Source: an uncultured Myxococcales bacterium | Lineage (GTDB): Bacteria; Myxococcota; UBA4151 | NCBI GenBank assembly: GCA_964013405.1 | Contig: CAXGWI010000043.1 | Location: 1 to 24,037 of the forward strand | Reading direction: 5' to 3' | DNA length: 24,037 nt | Part shown: positions 1-9,263 of the stretch, one piece after another | Layout: the number at the start of each line of letters is the position of its first letter | Position numbering within the stretch: the first letter of the stretch is position 1 | The notes under the pieces: model-generated | Told to the model about the DNA's origin: nothing | Seen by the model: the letters and a program-made list of their open reading frames with translations, nothing else | Database searches by the model: none | Translations under genes and position numbers: made by a program

Positions 1-359
1 CGCTGGTCCTCGCGGTCGGGGACGATCGCACAGTAGAGTTCCCTGGCGATATCACAGCCCGCCTCGACGAGGACCTTGAGGACCTCTTTGCCCTCTGGAC
101 CGGTTTGGTGTGTCACCAACTGCATGCCCAAAATGGCCTCAGCATGGGCTTCGGCTTCGCCGGGGTTCTGGGCCAGCTTGACGCCGCCCCCCTTACCCCG
201 ACCCCCGGCGTGGATTTGCGCTTTGACGACGCACACACCGCCACCGAGCTTCTCGGCCGCTGCTCTCGCCTCGGCCGCTGTGTCGCAGATATAGCCCTCT
301 GGTACGGGCACCCCAAAGTCTTTCAGGACCTCTTTGCCCTGATACTCGTGGATCTTCAT
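1..359 (-). CDS. sucC: Succinyl-CoA synthetase beta subunit, 5' part (runs off the left edge; not in the ORF track)
   Basis: Manual minus-strand translation from ATG at 359: [22 protein letters not shown]...[20 protein letters not shown]...[33 protein letters not shown], the classic SucC N-terminus. SD AAGGAG at 365-370. The ATG overlaps the upstream stop (ATGA, 356-359). Confidence 0.97.
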   Translation of the reverse strand, partial: MKIHEYQGKEVLKDFGVPVPEGYICDTAAEARAAAEKLGGGVCVVKAQIHAGGRGKGGGVKLAQNPGEAEAHAEAILGMQLVTHQTGPEGKEVLKVLVEAGCDIARELYCAIVPDREDQ

Positions 360-1135
360 GCTTGCTCCTTCGTCGCCTCTTGCATGGCAAAGACCAGTTT
401 CAACGCACCGGACCTCGCCTGTTCAATTTCGGGTTCATCACCATCAAAGCTTGCGCCGTAGCGCACGCCGGTTTCCAACTTGACTCGATGCCGGACTCGG
501 ATCGTCGCCGTCAGCCGCTGCAGCTGCTCCCCGGTCCGCACGCGCAGATCGATTCGAGCCCTTTCACCAGGGCTCAAGAGGTGCGGGAAGTCATTCGCCA
601 ACTCAAAGGCGAGACCGCCCGCGCCAACATCATGGACGATGATCGATCGATTCACCGCGTCCCGGACCTGGGTGACCGCCGAGCCCCGACGGTTCACCAA
701 GACGCCGTCATAGACAAACTCCACGCGCTCCACCAGGCGCACCTCCATCGGGCAGCGGTGATACCGACGCCGTTGAAGTTCATCGAGCCGAGTCGGATAA
801 CCGACCAACGTAACCGGCATGGGGGTGCCGCCCCCATCACGCATATAAGTTGCACTTGAAACCACGACCCCGGTGTCGAAGCGGAACAAGCGCAGCCCCA
901 GCACCAGCCGACCATCGAGGGCCTCACCCTCAGCAAGGAGAACATCCTCACCGGCGACGATGGGCCGTGTCACGGCTAAGAGGGGGCGCCCATCATGGAC
1001 GTAAGCATCCAGGAGTCGACAGGTGAAGTCCTGGCTCTCTCCCGCCTGGGAAAAGACAAGCTCGGCTTGGGAAGCAACGGCCTCTCGAATCATCCGCTCC
1101 ACTTGTCCGGGAATGATGACGCCCGTTCCAAGCAT
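356..1135 (-). CDS. PilZ-domain protein, YcgR/flagellar-brake-like architecture (putative c-di-GMP effector)
   Basis: Contains [14 protein letters not shown] (RxxxR motif) followed by [11 protein letters not shown] (DxSxxG-like, Ser replaced by Gly) and a C-terminal IRVRH...YGASF strand pattern. The N-terminal half resembles a PilZN-type domain (FRFDTGVV...LVGYP). Starts 5 nt after the mdh stop. Confidence 0.75.
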   Translation of the reverse strand: MLGTGVIIPGQVERMIREAVASQAELVFSQAGESQDFTCRLLDAYVHDGRPLLAVTRPIVAGEDVLLAEGEALDGRLVLGLRLFRFDTGVVVSSATYMRDGGGTPMPVTLVGYPTRLDELQRRRYHRCPMEVRLVERVEFVYDGVLVNRRGSAVTQVRDAVNRSIIVHDVGAGGLAFELANDFPHLLSPGERARIDLRVRTGEQLQRLTATIRVRHRVKLETGVRYGASFDGDEPEIEQARSGALKLVFAMQEATKEQA

Positions 1136-1140
1136 GCTGG

Positions 1141-2121
1141 TCAGCCCAAAAGATCAGCGACTGCGTCGCGTTCAGCCACCAGTTCATCGGCGGTGGCCTG
1201 GATCTTCGCTTGGGCTTCCGCACCATGCTCTAGACCGGGAACCAGCGTGTAGCGTCCATCGGAGATGGTGACGGGGAAGGAGTAGATCAAGCCTTCGGGC
1301 ACGCCGTAGTCGCCCTGACTCGGTACCGCCATACTGGTGAACTCGCCGGCGGCGGTCCCCATTTCCCAGCTGGCCATGTGATCCACCGCAGCCGATGCAG
1401 CCGACGCAGCGCTGCTTGCCCCGCGGGCATTGATGATGGCTTTACCCCGGGTCGCTACGGTCTGCAGGAACTCACCCTGCAACCAGGCCTCGCTGACCTG
1501 CTCGGTCAGGGGGCGGCCGTTGACCTGGGCATGGTGATAGTCGGGAAACATCGTATTCGAATGGTTGCCCCAAATCGCCATATTCGACACGTCCGCAGCC
1601 TGGCAGCCCAACTTGCCACAGATCTGACCGATCGCCCGGTTCTGGTCCAAGCGAGTCATGGCCGTGAAGCGCTCGTTCGGCACATCGGGAGCGCTGTGCA
1701 TGGCGATCAACGCATTGGTGTTGCAGGGATTCCCGACCACGATCACCCGGACATCATCGGCGGCGTTGTCATTGAGGGCTCGACCCTGTCCCGTGAAGAT
1801 CGGCCCATTGACCTTGATCAGGTCGGCTCGATCCATGTCAGCGGTCCGGGGGCGACTGCCAACGAGAAATGCACGCTGGCAGCCGGCAAAGGCCACGTTG
1901 GCATCATCGCTGATGTCGATACTGTGGACCAAGGGGAACGCAGAATCCATCAACTCCATCACGACGCCTTCGAGTGCGCCCATGGCCGGGGGAATCTCAA
2001 GGAGCCGAAGTTTAATGGGCTGATCCGGTCCAAAACAGCTTCCGGAAGCGAGGCGAAAAAGCAGGGCGTAGCCAATGTTACCGGCGGCGCCGGTCACAGA
2101 GACGGTCAGTGGTGCGGTCAT
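1141..2121 (-). CDS. mdh: Malate dehydrogenase (type 2, cytosolic-like family)
   Basis: [19 protein letters not shown] nucleotide-binding motif, [48 protein letters not shown] at 2129-2134. Confidence 0.97.
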   Translation of the reverse strand: MTAPLTVSVTGAAGNIGYALLFRLASGSCFGPDQPIKLRLLEIPPAMGALEGVVMELMDSAFPLVHSIDISDDANVAFAGCQRAFLVGSRPRTADMDRADLIKVNGPIFTGQGRALNDNAADDVRVIVVGNPCNTNALIAMHSAPDVPNERFTAMTRLDQNRAIGQICGKLGCQAADVSNMAIWGNHSNTMFPDYHHAQVNGRPLTEQVSEAWLQGEFLQTVATRGKAIINARGASSAASAASAAVDHMASWEMGTAAGEFTSMAVPSQGDYGVPEGLIYSFPVTISDGRYTLVPGLEHGAEAQAKIQATADELVAERDAVADLLG

Positions 2122-2249
2122 TGAACAACTCCTCTTCCCCGCTGGGGCCCGCGGCAGAATTGCGCGCGCGTGGGGGTCTTGGTTGGGCTAGGCTCCCTCC
2201 GCGCTCCACCTAGACTTGTCAAGGGCCCTCGGAGGTGATCGAAACAGCT

Positions 2250-2879
2250 ATGGGTCGCCTCGAAAGAAATCTAAGAGAAATGCTCAGTCTCCTGACCGAT
2301 GGGGAAGGTCGGCGACTGACGTGGAGAAGACTGCGTTCTCTGATGCTGGACCCGGGCGCGGCCCTCGACTCGATGATGATTCGCGATGAGGCCAAAGAAG
2401 CCGGGGCTGCGACCCGAGTGCTGTTTCTTCTCCCCTCCCTCGGCACTGCCATTTTTGTCATTCTCTCCCTGCGGCCCGTCGGTATTCTCGGCCGAGCGGC
2501 GAGCGACCTGCTCGCGGTCGTGATTCTGCCGAGCATCCTGGCCTGGGGCCTACCGAAGGTCCTGTTGCTCGCCGATCAGGTTGGTACGAGTAATTATCGT
2601 CGCTGGCGCACCTACTGCTGCCATGCGCTCGTGCCGGCCCTCACCATGGCATTCTTGGCCCGGTTGGTCTTCCATTTCTCGGGAATTCTAGCAGGCCTTT
2701 GCCTGGGGCTCGGCCTCTGTCTCAGCAGCCGAGCATTTGTCGCTGCCCACGACGAATGGCTGGACCTCCCCGAGGACGGACGCTGGGTCGCCGGTGGCAT
2801 ATTTTTGAGTTGCTTATTGGCCTGTGGGCTCGCCACAGCCTTCTTACTGGATGCGGGGATCCTGGCCCGGAGCGCTTAG
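2250..2879 (+). CDS. Hypothetical multi-pass membrane protein (possibly Yip1-like)
   Basis: About five hydrophobic segments. A strong SD GGAGGTGAT at 2231-2239 favours ATG 2250 over the track start 2235. Divergent from mdh. The family assignment is a weak guess. Confidence 0.6.
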   Translation: MGRLERNLREMLSLLTDGEGRRLTWRRLRSLMLDPGAALDSMMIRDEAKEAGAATRVLFLLPSLGTAIFVILSLRPVGILGRAASDLLAVVILPSILAWGLPKVLLLADQVGTSNYRRWRTYCCHALVPALTMAFLARLVFHFSGILAGLCLGLGLCLSSRAFVAAHDEWLDLPEDGRWVAGGIFLSCLLACGLATAFLLDAGILARSA

Positions 2880-3031
2880 GCTTCGGCTTTGGCCTCATCC
2901 TTAGGCTGACCGAACAACTCTTCATAGCTGCGGGTCGTGCCTTGAGTCCGGACAGAAGCCTTCCGCTTGGTTCCACGGTTCGCTTTCTTGTTGGCCCGGA
3001 TCTTACGGGTCTGTTGCGTATTGCTAGGCAT
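2876..3031 (-). CDS. Small basic protein, 51 aa (MPSNTQQTRKIRANKKANRGTKRKASVRTQGTTRSYEELFGQPKDEAKAEA); not in the ORF track
   Basis: ATG at 3031, TAA at 2876-2878, SD GAGGAG 8 nt upstream. Fills the gap between two real genes, and its stop overlaps the convergent gene's TAG (2877-2879). Confidence 0.8.
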   Translation of the reverse strand: MPSNTQQTRKIRANKKANRGTKRKASVRTQGTTRSYEELFGQPKDEAKAEA

Positions 3032-3039
3032 GGCTCAGG

Positions 3040-3045
3040 CTCCTC
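3040..3045 (-). promoter_or_regulatory. Shine-Dalgarno site of the 51-aa small ORF
   Basis: Minus strand reads cttGAGGAGcctgagccATG (8-nt spacer). Confidence 0.75.
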
Positions 3046-3082
3046 AAGGGTGCGGCGCTATAATGGAAGCGGAAACGCAATG

Positions 3083-5140
3083 CTAGGGCGAAGTCACCGT
3101 GAAGGCATAAGAACCGGTCGCAAAGTTGCTGAATGCGCGGATTTTAATGAAGACCTGCTGCCCGATCTCAAGTTCATGGGTCAGCAAGCAGTTGGTCCCC
3201 ACACCACCGTCATCATTAACGGCGAGTTCCATCCCTTGGGCGTCTTCAAGGCTACACACCACATCGAGGTTCCCACTGGACTCGATGCGCCAAGCACCGG
3301 CCGCGTTGGCGGTCATCGAGAAGTAGTCGATGTCCCCGGACTCGTCGATCGCTGCGACGACCTCCTGGCCAAAGGCATCAAGGGCAGCGGCACTGGCCCG
3401 ATCGTCACCATGTAGATCCCCATTCGGGTCGTCGCCAGGCGCGATCAATTCCACCGCATAGGCACCCGTGCGGGCATTATTGAAACCCGCCACCTCGAAG
3501 TAATAGGTGGTACCAGGGGCCAGAACTCGGCTGATGCTACAGTTGAGACCGAGCCCACCGTCATCGTTGGCCTCCAACTCAACACCGTCTGCATCCATTA
3601 GACGACAGGTCACGTCGATATTACCCGTGGTTCGAACCGTCCACTCGCCAGCGGCATCGGGATCGATACGGAAGACGTCGAGGTCCCCCATTTGCTCCAA
3701 CTCACCGGCCGCACCTTCTGGCGACAGGTCCCGGGCCGCGCCGATCTCGTCACCGTGGTCGTCACCGGGCTCAGGCTCCACAGGCTCCTCACCCGGGTCC
3801 GGGTCCACCCCGGGATCAGGGTCCGGATCGCCACCGCCCTCGGCCGGAGCGGTGACCGACAAGGAATACAAGCCGGTACGACCCATGAACGAGCTGACCT
3901 GGACTCGGTGCTCGCCCGGGGCGAGAATCTCGTGCTCGATGCGGCAGTTCGTACCCTCGCCGCCATCGTCGTTGTCGGCCAGTTCAGCGCCTTCGACAGA
4001 GTAGAGCCGGCAGATGGTGTCGAGGGCTCCCGTCGTCTCGATAGTCCAGAGACCGGGTCGGTGGGCATCAAACCGAAACCAATCGACATCCTCTCGCATG
4101 CCGATCTCGCCGGGAACCGCTTCGCCAAGGACCACCAGGGTCCCTTCGTCGGCCAGATCCGAGTGGTCGTCAGGCACCACCGCCTCTTCTTCCATGCAGG
4201 CCGGATCACAACCATCGCCAGCGACATTATTACCATCATCGCATTGCTCGAAGAGATCCACGACACCGTCGCCGCACTCGCCAAACAAGCCACCACCGCC
4301 GCCACCACCTTCTTCCCGCTGGCAGTTGCTGTCGCAACCATCGCCATCAACCTGGTTACCGTCGTCGCAGCCTTCTCGGGGCTCTACCTCACCGTTACCG
4401 CAAACCGCCGGCGTCTCTTCACGGCAGGCGGCCGAGCAACCGTCACCGCTGCGGCGGTTGCCATCATCACAGGCCTCACCGGGCTCGATACGGCCGTTAC
4501 CGCACTCGCTTTGCACGCCCTCGATGATGGAGACATCGAGATCATAAGTCCCGCCCATCCCCCGATCGAGTAGAATCTCGACCGTGTAGGTACCACCGGC
4601 AATCAAACGCTGCTCAAGCTTGCAGTTGTCCCCTTCGCCACTTCCCGCGTCTTGGGCCAGACTGCGGCCGGCCCGGTCGAGAAGTTGGCAGGCGGTCGCC
4701 AGGTTGCCCAAGGTCTGGATTCGGTGCACTTCGCTGACACCAGCTGTGAAGCTCACATAATCCTTATCGTCGATGTCCAGGCGCCCGGGGAGACGACTAG
4801 GCACCTGAATCCCTGTGGCTTCAGCGGCTGTGTCGCCATAGCGATCCTCCCCTTCCTCTGGATAATCGGACTGGCCAGCACCACCGCCGCCGCCACCAAT
4901 CGGATCCCGTGGATCAATGGGACCACCGGCATCGCAACGCACTTCGTCCTGACCCCCGCTGCAGTCTTCGTTGCCATCGCAGATCCATTCGGTGGGCACA
5001 CACTCCGTACCACCGCAGAGGAACTCGTCCGCAGCGCAAACACCACGTTCGTAGCCCTCGACCTGCGCGGGACTGTTGTTGAGATCACCACAGCCGGTGA
5101 TCAGGGAGAGGGCGAACAGACCGGCCAGTGACTTTCGCAT
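3083..5140 (-). CDS. Multidomain lipoprotein: LDL-receptor class A domain, four PPC-like beta-sandwich repeats and three myxococcus Cys-rich (DUF4215-like) repeats
   Basis: Likely start ATG 5140 gives MRKSLAGLFALSLITG-C (lipobox); the track starts at 5215. LDLa: CAADEFLCGGTECVPTEWICDGNEDCSGGQDEVRC. Four units begin DRYGD/DDHSD/DDHGD/DLHGD and contain DxD-x-F/Y; three have NDDGGxGxNC. Three CG(N/D)G..E.CDDGN...GDGC units. Confidence 0.85.
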   Translation of the reverse strand: MRKSLAGLFALSLITGCGDLNNSPAQVEGYERGVCAADEFLCGGTECVPTEWICDGNEDCSGGQDEVRCDAGGPIDPRDPIGGGGGGAGQSDYPEEGEDRYGDTAAEATGIQVPSRLPGRLDIDDKDYVSFTAGVSEVHRIQTLGNLATACQLLDRAGRSLAQDAGSGEGDNCKLEQRLIAGGTYTVEILLDRGMGGTYDLDVSIIEGVQSECGNGRIEPGEACDDGNRRSGDGCSAACREETPAVCGNGEVEPREGCDDGNQVDGDGCDSNCQREEGGGGGGGLFGECGDGVVDLFEQCDDGNNVAGDGCDPACMEEEAVVPDDHSDLADEGTLVVLGEAVPGEIGMREDVDWFRFDAHRPGLWTIETTGALDTICRLYSVEGAELADNDDGGEGTNCRIEHEILAPGEHRVQVSSFMGRTGLYSLSVTAPAEGGGDPDPDPGVDPDPGEEPVEPEPGDDHGDEIGAARDLSPEGAAGELEQMGDLDVFRIDPDAAGEWTVRTTGNIDVTCRLMDADGVELEANDDGGLGLNCSISRVLAPGTTYYFEVAGFNNARTGAYAVELIAPGDDPNGDLHGDDRASAAALDAFGQEVVAAIDESGDIDYFSMTANAAGAWRIESSGNLDVVCSLEDAQGMELAVNDDGGVGTNCLLTHELEIGQQVFIKIRAFSNFATGSYAFTVTSP
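4934..5038 (-). other. LDL-receptor class A (LDLa) module
   Basis: Six Cys in LDLa spacing, with the conserved F, W-x-C-D-G-x-x-D-C and D-E acidic Ca2+ cage. Confidence 0.85.
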
Positions 5141-5271
5141 CAGCACCCCAGGCGATCGGAAGGATCGCTGATAGAGGGATCCTAGATCCCCAGCCTGGTG
5201 AAGAGAATAGGACATTCCTCCGACCCAAAGGCTGCGCAGCTTATCAGATTGCTGAGCAAATCACCACGCAG

Positions 5272-5287
5272 CACCGCTAAAGCGGTG
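5272..5287. terminator. Short inverted repeat CACCGC-taaa-GCGGTG; possible weak terminator or operator
   Basis: Lies about 20 nt downstream of the 5306 stop on the minus strand. No U-tract follows, so the role is uncertain. Confidence 0.25.
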
Positions 5288-5305
5288 GGAATCTACACGA
5301 ATTCC

Positions 5306-6538
5306 CTAACGGTCTTGGGCTGACGGCTCGGCCCGGTCCACTCCTGGGCCGCCCGACGTCGACCAGGCCGGTGTCCCCACGAGGATGGTGTCTGGGCTGA
5401 CCCGTTGGCTCACCCGACGACAGAGGGCGTCTTGACCGATGACGAGCCGTGCTTCTCGAGTCTCGCCCTTCCAAGTCTCCTGGGCCACCACAGCCCGGGC
5501 ACCATCTTCGAGGACCGCTTCGACGGTTACCTTGAGGCTCTTGGTCCAAGGCCGCTGCCTTGAGGGCAACTGAAAGGTCCGGCTCGCTCCTTTGGGCTGA
5601 TCCTTCAACCAGAGGTAGACGACGCCATGGGAGGTGAGTTTGACCCCCTCCATCGTCTCCTCAACGGGTTTACCCTCGGCCACACCGGTGATTCGATATC
5701 CGCCGGTCTCGAGCCGATGAAAGGTCGCTGAGCCGGCCATTCGTCCGTTCTCGACCCAGGCACTCGTCATTTCGTCCAGGGTTCCATCGGGCAAACTGAC
5801 CTGCCGAAACCCGACGTCTCGGGCCCGGAATTCTTGTCCGTCGCTGCCCATTTGAAAGAACAAGAAGGTCTCGGTGTAATGGACGTTGCCATCGCTGCCC
5901 CGACCGAGTCCCTCTTCGTAGTAACCCACCGGCAGATTCCGCGGACCTGAGCGATGGGCCATATGCAAGAGGGAGCGCCCGGGGAGCCGGTGATCAGCGG
6001 TTCCCTTCCACTGCAAACCCAGGGCGATCCGAGCCCCATGCTGCAGGAGACGCTCCCGGTCGTCTGACTTGCTGTCGACACAGTAAATGCGGGCCGCATG
6101 ATGGGCGATCACCAGGGCCGGCACCGCATCCACACTGCCATCCTTCAAGCGCAACTGAACCCGCAGGCCGAAGACCGGATAGTCCCCGGCCGTCCCGGTC
6201 CAAGGGTCATCAACCTTAAAGCCATCGCCGAGGGGGGACTTGACCCAAGCATCGACAGTATTGCGCAGGGCCCTATAGAGCAGGGCTCCGGCGTCCACCT
6301 GAGCCAGGCCACCGACCACGCAGGTCAAGTCGGTGTCCTGGCCCTTGGCCCCGACGACATAACCGATGGCGGATTTCGTGATGGTCACCTCGCCTGGAAG
6401 GGCCTGGGTCAACTTCAACAGGCCGTCGGGACTCATATGGACGGCTTCGGCCGCTTCGAAGGGATCAGGTTTCGGTGCGGGGCTGGACGCACAGGCTGCC
6501 CACAGCGTCAGGCTTAACGTGGCAAAAAAACGCATCAT
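5306..6538 (-). CDS. Hypothetical lipoprotein, 410 aa
   Basis: MMRFFATLSLTLWAA-C lipobox followed by a Pro-rich tether. SD AAGGAG at 6545-6550. No family recognised. Confidence 0.75.
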   Translation of the reverse strand: MMRFFATLSLTLWAACASSPAPKPDPFEAAEAVHMSPDGLLKLTQALPGEVTITKSAIGYVVGAKGQDTDLTCVVGGLAQVDAGALLYRALRNTVDAWVKSPLGDGFKVDDPWTGTAGDYPVFGLRVQLRLKDGSVDAVPALVIAHHAARIYCVDSKSDDRERLLQHGARIALGLQWKGTADHRLPGRSLLHMAHRSGPRNLPVGYYEEGLGRGSDGNVHYTETFLFFQMGSDGQEFRARDVGFRQVSLPDGTLDEMTSAWVENGRMAGSATFHRLETGGYRITGVAEGKPVEETMEGVKLTSHGVVYLWLKDQPKGASRTFQLPSRQRPWTKSLKVTVEAVLEDGARAVVAQETWKGETREARLVIGQDALCRRVSQRVSPDTILVGTPAWSTSGGPGVDRAEPSAQDR

Positions 6539-6593
6539 GCGGGGCTCCTTGGACAGGGCTCCTTAAAGAGTCGGCGACCCTTTGGCGAGGCGC

Positions 6594-9194
6594 TTATCGA
6601 ACGAGAAAGCGAAAGGTCCCACGGTAGGCTTTATCCGCCGGCAAGGTGGCGCCGCCGTTCGTTGTGATGTTGGCCGCCCCGTCGTACATCACCTCGTGGG
6701 CCGGGGTGAAACCAGAGAAGCTTCGTTCTTCGCAGCGACTGTATTCTGGTGAGCTGTGTCGATGACTCATGGCCGACAACACCACGTCACACGCGTAACA
6801 GTCGCCGGTGTTGACCACGATCACGTAGCCATTGCCCCAGGAGCCGCCCCAACCTGCATTGGAGCCGTCATAACCCGAGATGGTGAGAAAACGACCATCG
6901 TTGAGCCTCACCGGACGGCTGTGTTGTGAGTTGCGCTGATACTGGGAGCTCGATCCGTTGGTGCTGGTCAGGTTCGTGTAAGTCCAGTCTCCGTCCCGAT
7001 CCCCATTCGCCTGATACACCGCTTGCCCATCCCCGTCCTCAAGGTGAACCATCAGCTCTCTTCCGGTCTCTGCACTCATCGTAAAGTCCACACAGGGGTG
7101 GGCCCAGGTCCCGTCATTGCAATCGATGTCCACAGCGTCGGTGTTCTCGAAACTGTAGCAGGCCGTCCAGCCGCCACCATCGTAATCCATGTCGCAGTAG
7201 GTCTCGATTGCATCGCCCGTGTCGCCACCGTTGATGTCGATCCAATACATACCACTGGCTGCCTGCGGTGCTTCCTGTTGGATGGCGAGACAGGTTCTTG
7301 CCGCATCTTCCCGGCTGAGGCCCGGTATGTTGCGCGTGCAATCATTGCTGCAGGCATTGTCGTCGATGTCATCGCCATCATCGCAAGACTCGACGCCGGC
7401 ATGGACAAAGCCATCGCCACAGACCGGTGCAAGACAGCCCGAAACGCAAGCGTCGGTATTGTCGTCGTTGCCATCATCACAGGCTTCAAAGCCCGCCTCG
7501 CCTTCATCGAGATCTTCCCGAACCACACCGTCACCGCAGATGGCCTCCACACAGACATCGGTGCATTCGTCTTCGGCAACCTCATTGCCGTCATCACATT
7601 CCTCGTTGTCTTCCCAAATGATGGCGTCGCCGCAGCGGGCTTCTAGGCAGCGATCCGTGCAAGCGTCCGTGGGTACCAGGTCACCATCATCGCAGGCTTC
7701 GTAGCCCACATCGCCCGCTTGGAGGTCGAGACGCCGAACGCCATCACCACAGCGGGCGACCGCGCAATCATTGCGACAACTGTCCGACTCCACGGCGTTG
7801 CCATCATCACAGGCTTCGTAGCCCTCGGTGCCCGGGGCGAGGTCAAGGCGCTGAACCCCGTCGCCGCAAGCTGCTAACTGGCAGGTGTTGCGACAGCCGT
7901 CCGCATCGTCACCATTGCCGTCATCGCAGCGCTCTAACCCCTCTCGAACGACCCCATCACCGCAACGGGCGATCCGACAAAGGTTCGTACAGAGGTCGGT
8001 TTCGACCTCATTGCCGTCGTCGCATTCCTCCACGCCTGGCACGAGGATGCCATCGCCGCAGCGGGCTTCCACACAGTTGGAGAGACAACCGTCGTTCTCC
8101 ACCGCATTGCCATCGTCGCATTGCTCATAACCCTCCTGCCCCACTTCCAGATCCGCCCGACGAATGCCATCGCCACAGCGGGCCGGCTCACAGGTATCGG
8201 TGCAGCCATCAGTCCCGTCTCGGTTACCGTCATCGCAGCGTTCCCAGAGGGCCTGAATACCATCGCCACAGCGGGCTTCCGCACACGCGTTGGTACAGGC
8301 GTCGGTATCGAGCAGATTGCCATCATCACAGGCCTCGAAGCCGGCTTCTTCGGGCTCGAGATCCCGACGGGTGATCCCGTCGCCGCAACGGGCCAGCAGG
8401 CAGGCCCGGGTGCAGGCATCTTGGTCGTTACCGTTGCCATCATCGCAGGCCTCTTGACCCGCTTGCACGGCCCCATCACCGCAGCGGGCCGGGGCGCAAT
8501 TGTTGAGGCAACTGTCCGTATCCACCGCATTGCCATCATCGCAGAGTTCGCCGATCTGCAGCACGCCGTCGCCACAACTGGCCGGCTGGCAATCGGTACA
8601 GGAGTCACTGGGGTCCGCATTGCCATCGTCGCAGCCTTCACCAGGCCCGAGCACCCCATCGCCACAACGGGCCTCGACGCAATCGTTGAGGCAATGATCG
8701 CTGTCGTCATCGTTGCCATCATCACAGGCCTCAAAGCCCGGTTGGCCCCGTTGCCTGTCTTGGCGCAGAATACCATCGCCGCAGCGGGCTTCCTCACAGT
8801 TGCTTAGGCAACCGTCTTCGTCCACCTCATTGCCATCATCGCAGCGCTCGAAATCATCGCTCCCCTCGCCCTGGTCCACCCGCAAAAATCCATCGCCACA
8901 ATCGGCGACCCGGCAGCCTTCCACGCAACCGTCCTGCCAGTTGGTGTTGCCGTCATCGCATTCCTCGTAGCCGGGATCCTCGGGCCCCAGATCCTGTCGC
9001 TGGACCCCATCACCACATTGGGCTGGCTGGCAGGAGCCCGTGCAACTGTCAGTGTGCTCAAGGTTGCCATCGTCGCAGAGCTCACCGGTTTCCACTTTGC
9101 CGTTGCCGCAGCTGGCTTCGGTCTCACGGACCACCACTTGCTCACCACAGGCGAGGACGAGAAGGACAGGTGCAAAGAGAAGGCTATTTTTCAT
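6594..9194 (-). CDS. Lipoprotein with 17 myxococcus Cys-rich (DUF4215-like) repeats and a C-terminal fibrinogen-like YCDxxxxGGGW domain (paralog A)
   Basis: Likely start ATG 9194 (GGAG upstream) gives [16 protein letters not shown]; the track starts at 9218. Head: AARTCLAIQ...SGMYWID...[13 protein letters not shown]..., ending FRFLVR. Confidence 0.88.
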   Translation of the reverse strand: MKNSLLFAPVLLVLACGEQVVVRETEASCGNGKVETGELCDDGNLEHTDSCTGSCQPAQCGDGVQRQDLGPEDPGYEECDDGNTNWQDGCVEGCRVADCGDGFLRVDQGEGSDDFERCDDGNEVDEDGCLSNCEEARCGDGILRQDRQRGQPGFEACDDGNDDDSDHCLNDCVEARCGDGVLGPGEGCDDGNADPSDSCTDCQPASCGDGVLQIGELCDDGNAVDTDSCLNNCAPARCGDGAVQAGQEACDDGNGNDQDACTRACLLARCGDGITRRDLEPEEAGFEACDDGNLLDTDACTNACAEARCGDGIQALWERCDDGNRDGTDGCTDTCEPARCGDGIRRADLEVGQEGYEQCDDGNAVENDGCLSNCVEARCGDGILVPGVEECDDGNEVETDLCTNLCRIARCGDGVVREGLERCDDGNGDDADGCRNTCQLAACGDGVQRLDLAPGTEGYEACDDGNAVESDSCRNDCAVARCGDGVRRLDLQAGDVGYEACDDGDLVPTDACTDRCLEARCGDAIIWEDNEECDDGNEVAEDECTDVCVEAICGDGVVREDLDEGEAGFEACDDGNDDNTDACVSGCLAPVCGDGFVHAGVESCDDGDDIDDNACSNDCTRNIPGLSREDAARTCLAIQQEAPQAASGMYWIDINGGDTGDAIETYCDMDYDGGGWTACYSFENTDAVDIDCNDGTWAHPCVDFTMSAETGRELMVHLEDGDGQAVYQANGDRDGDWTYTNLTSTNGSSSQYQRNSQHSRPVRLNDGRFLTISGYDGSNAGWGGSWGNGYVIVVNTGDCYACDVVLSAMSHRHSSPEYSRCEERSFSGFTPAHEVMYDGAANITTNGGATLPADKAYRGTFRFLVR
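7338..9110 (-). repeat. Tandem coding repeats, 17 units of CG(D/N)G-x(7-15)-CDDG(N/D)-x4-D-x-C-x(2-3)-C
   Basis: Counted in the translation; short units are 30-32 aa and long units 39 aa. Confidence 0.9.
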
Positions 9195-9263
9195 GGGCAC
9201 TCCGCAGGTGCGGCACATTAGCCCAGAGGGAGGCGGGCTGTCACGCCAGGGAGAGCGGAGCCC

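Noticed and set aside
2217..2222. Perfect TTGACA (-35) on the minus strand upstream of mdh
   Set aside because: No credible -10 hexamer at 16-18 nt spacing.
3059..3064. Perfect TATAAT on the plus strand
   Set aside because: No matching -35, and it points antisense into the lipoprotein gene, so it cannot be supported as a promoter.
6594..7320. Diversity-generating retroelement acting on the lectin-like head
   Set aside because: No reverse transcriptase and no template/variable repeat pair is visible in the window.
7023..9175. Many alternative-frame and antisense ORFs over the Cys-rich repeat genes (also 19392-23871, e.g. the PSSQAS and MMATT repeats)
   Set aside because: They are shadows of the repetitive CDDGN coding sequence in GC-rich DNA; the real frame has a signal peptide and coherent domains.
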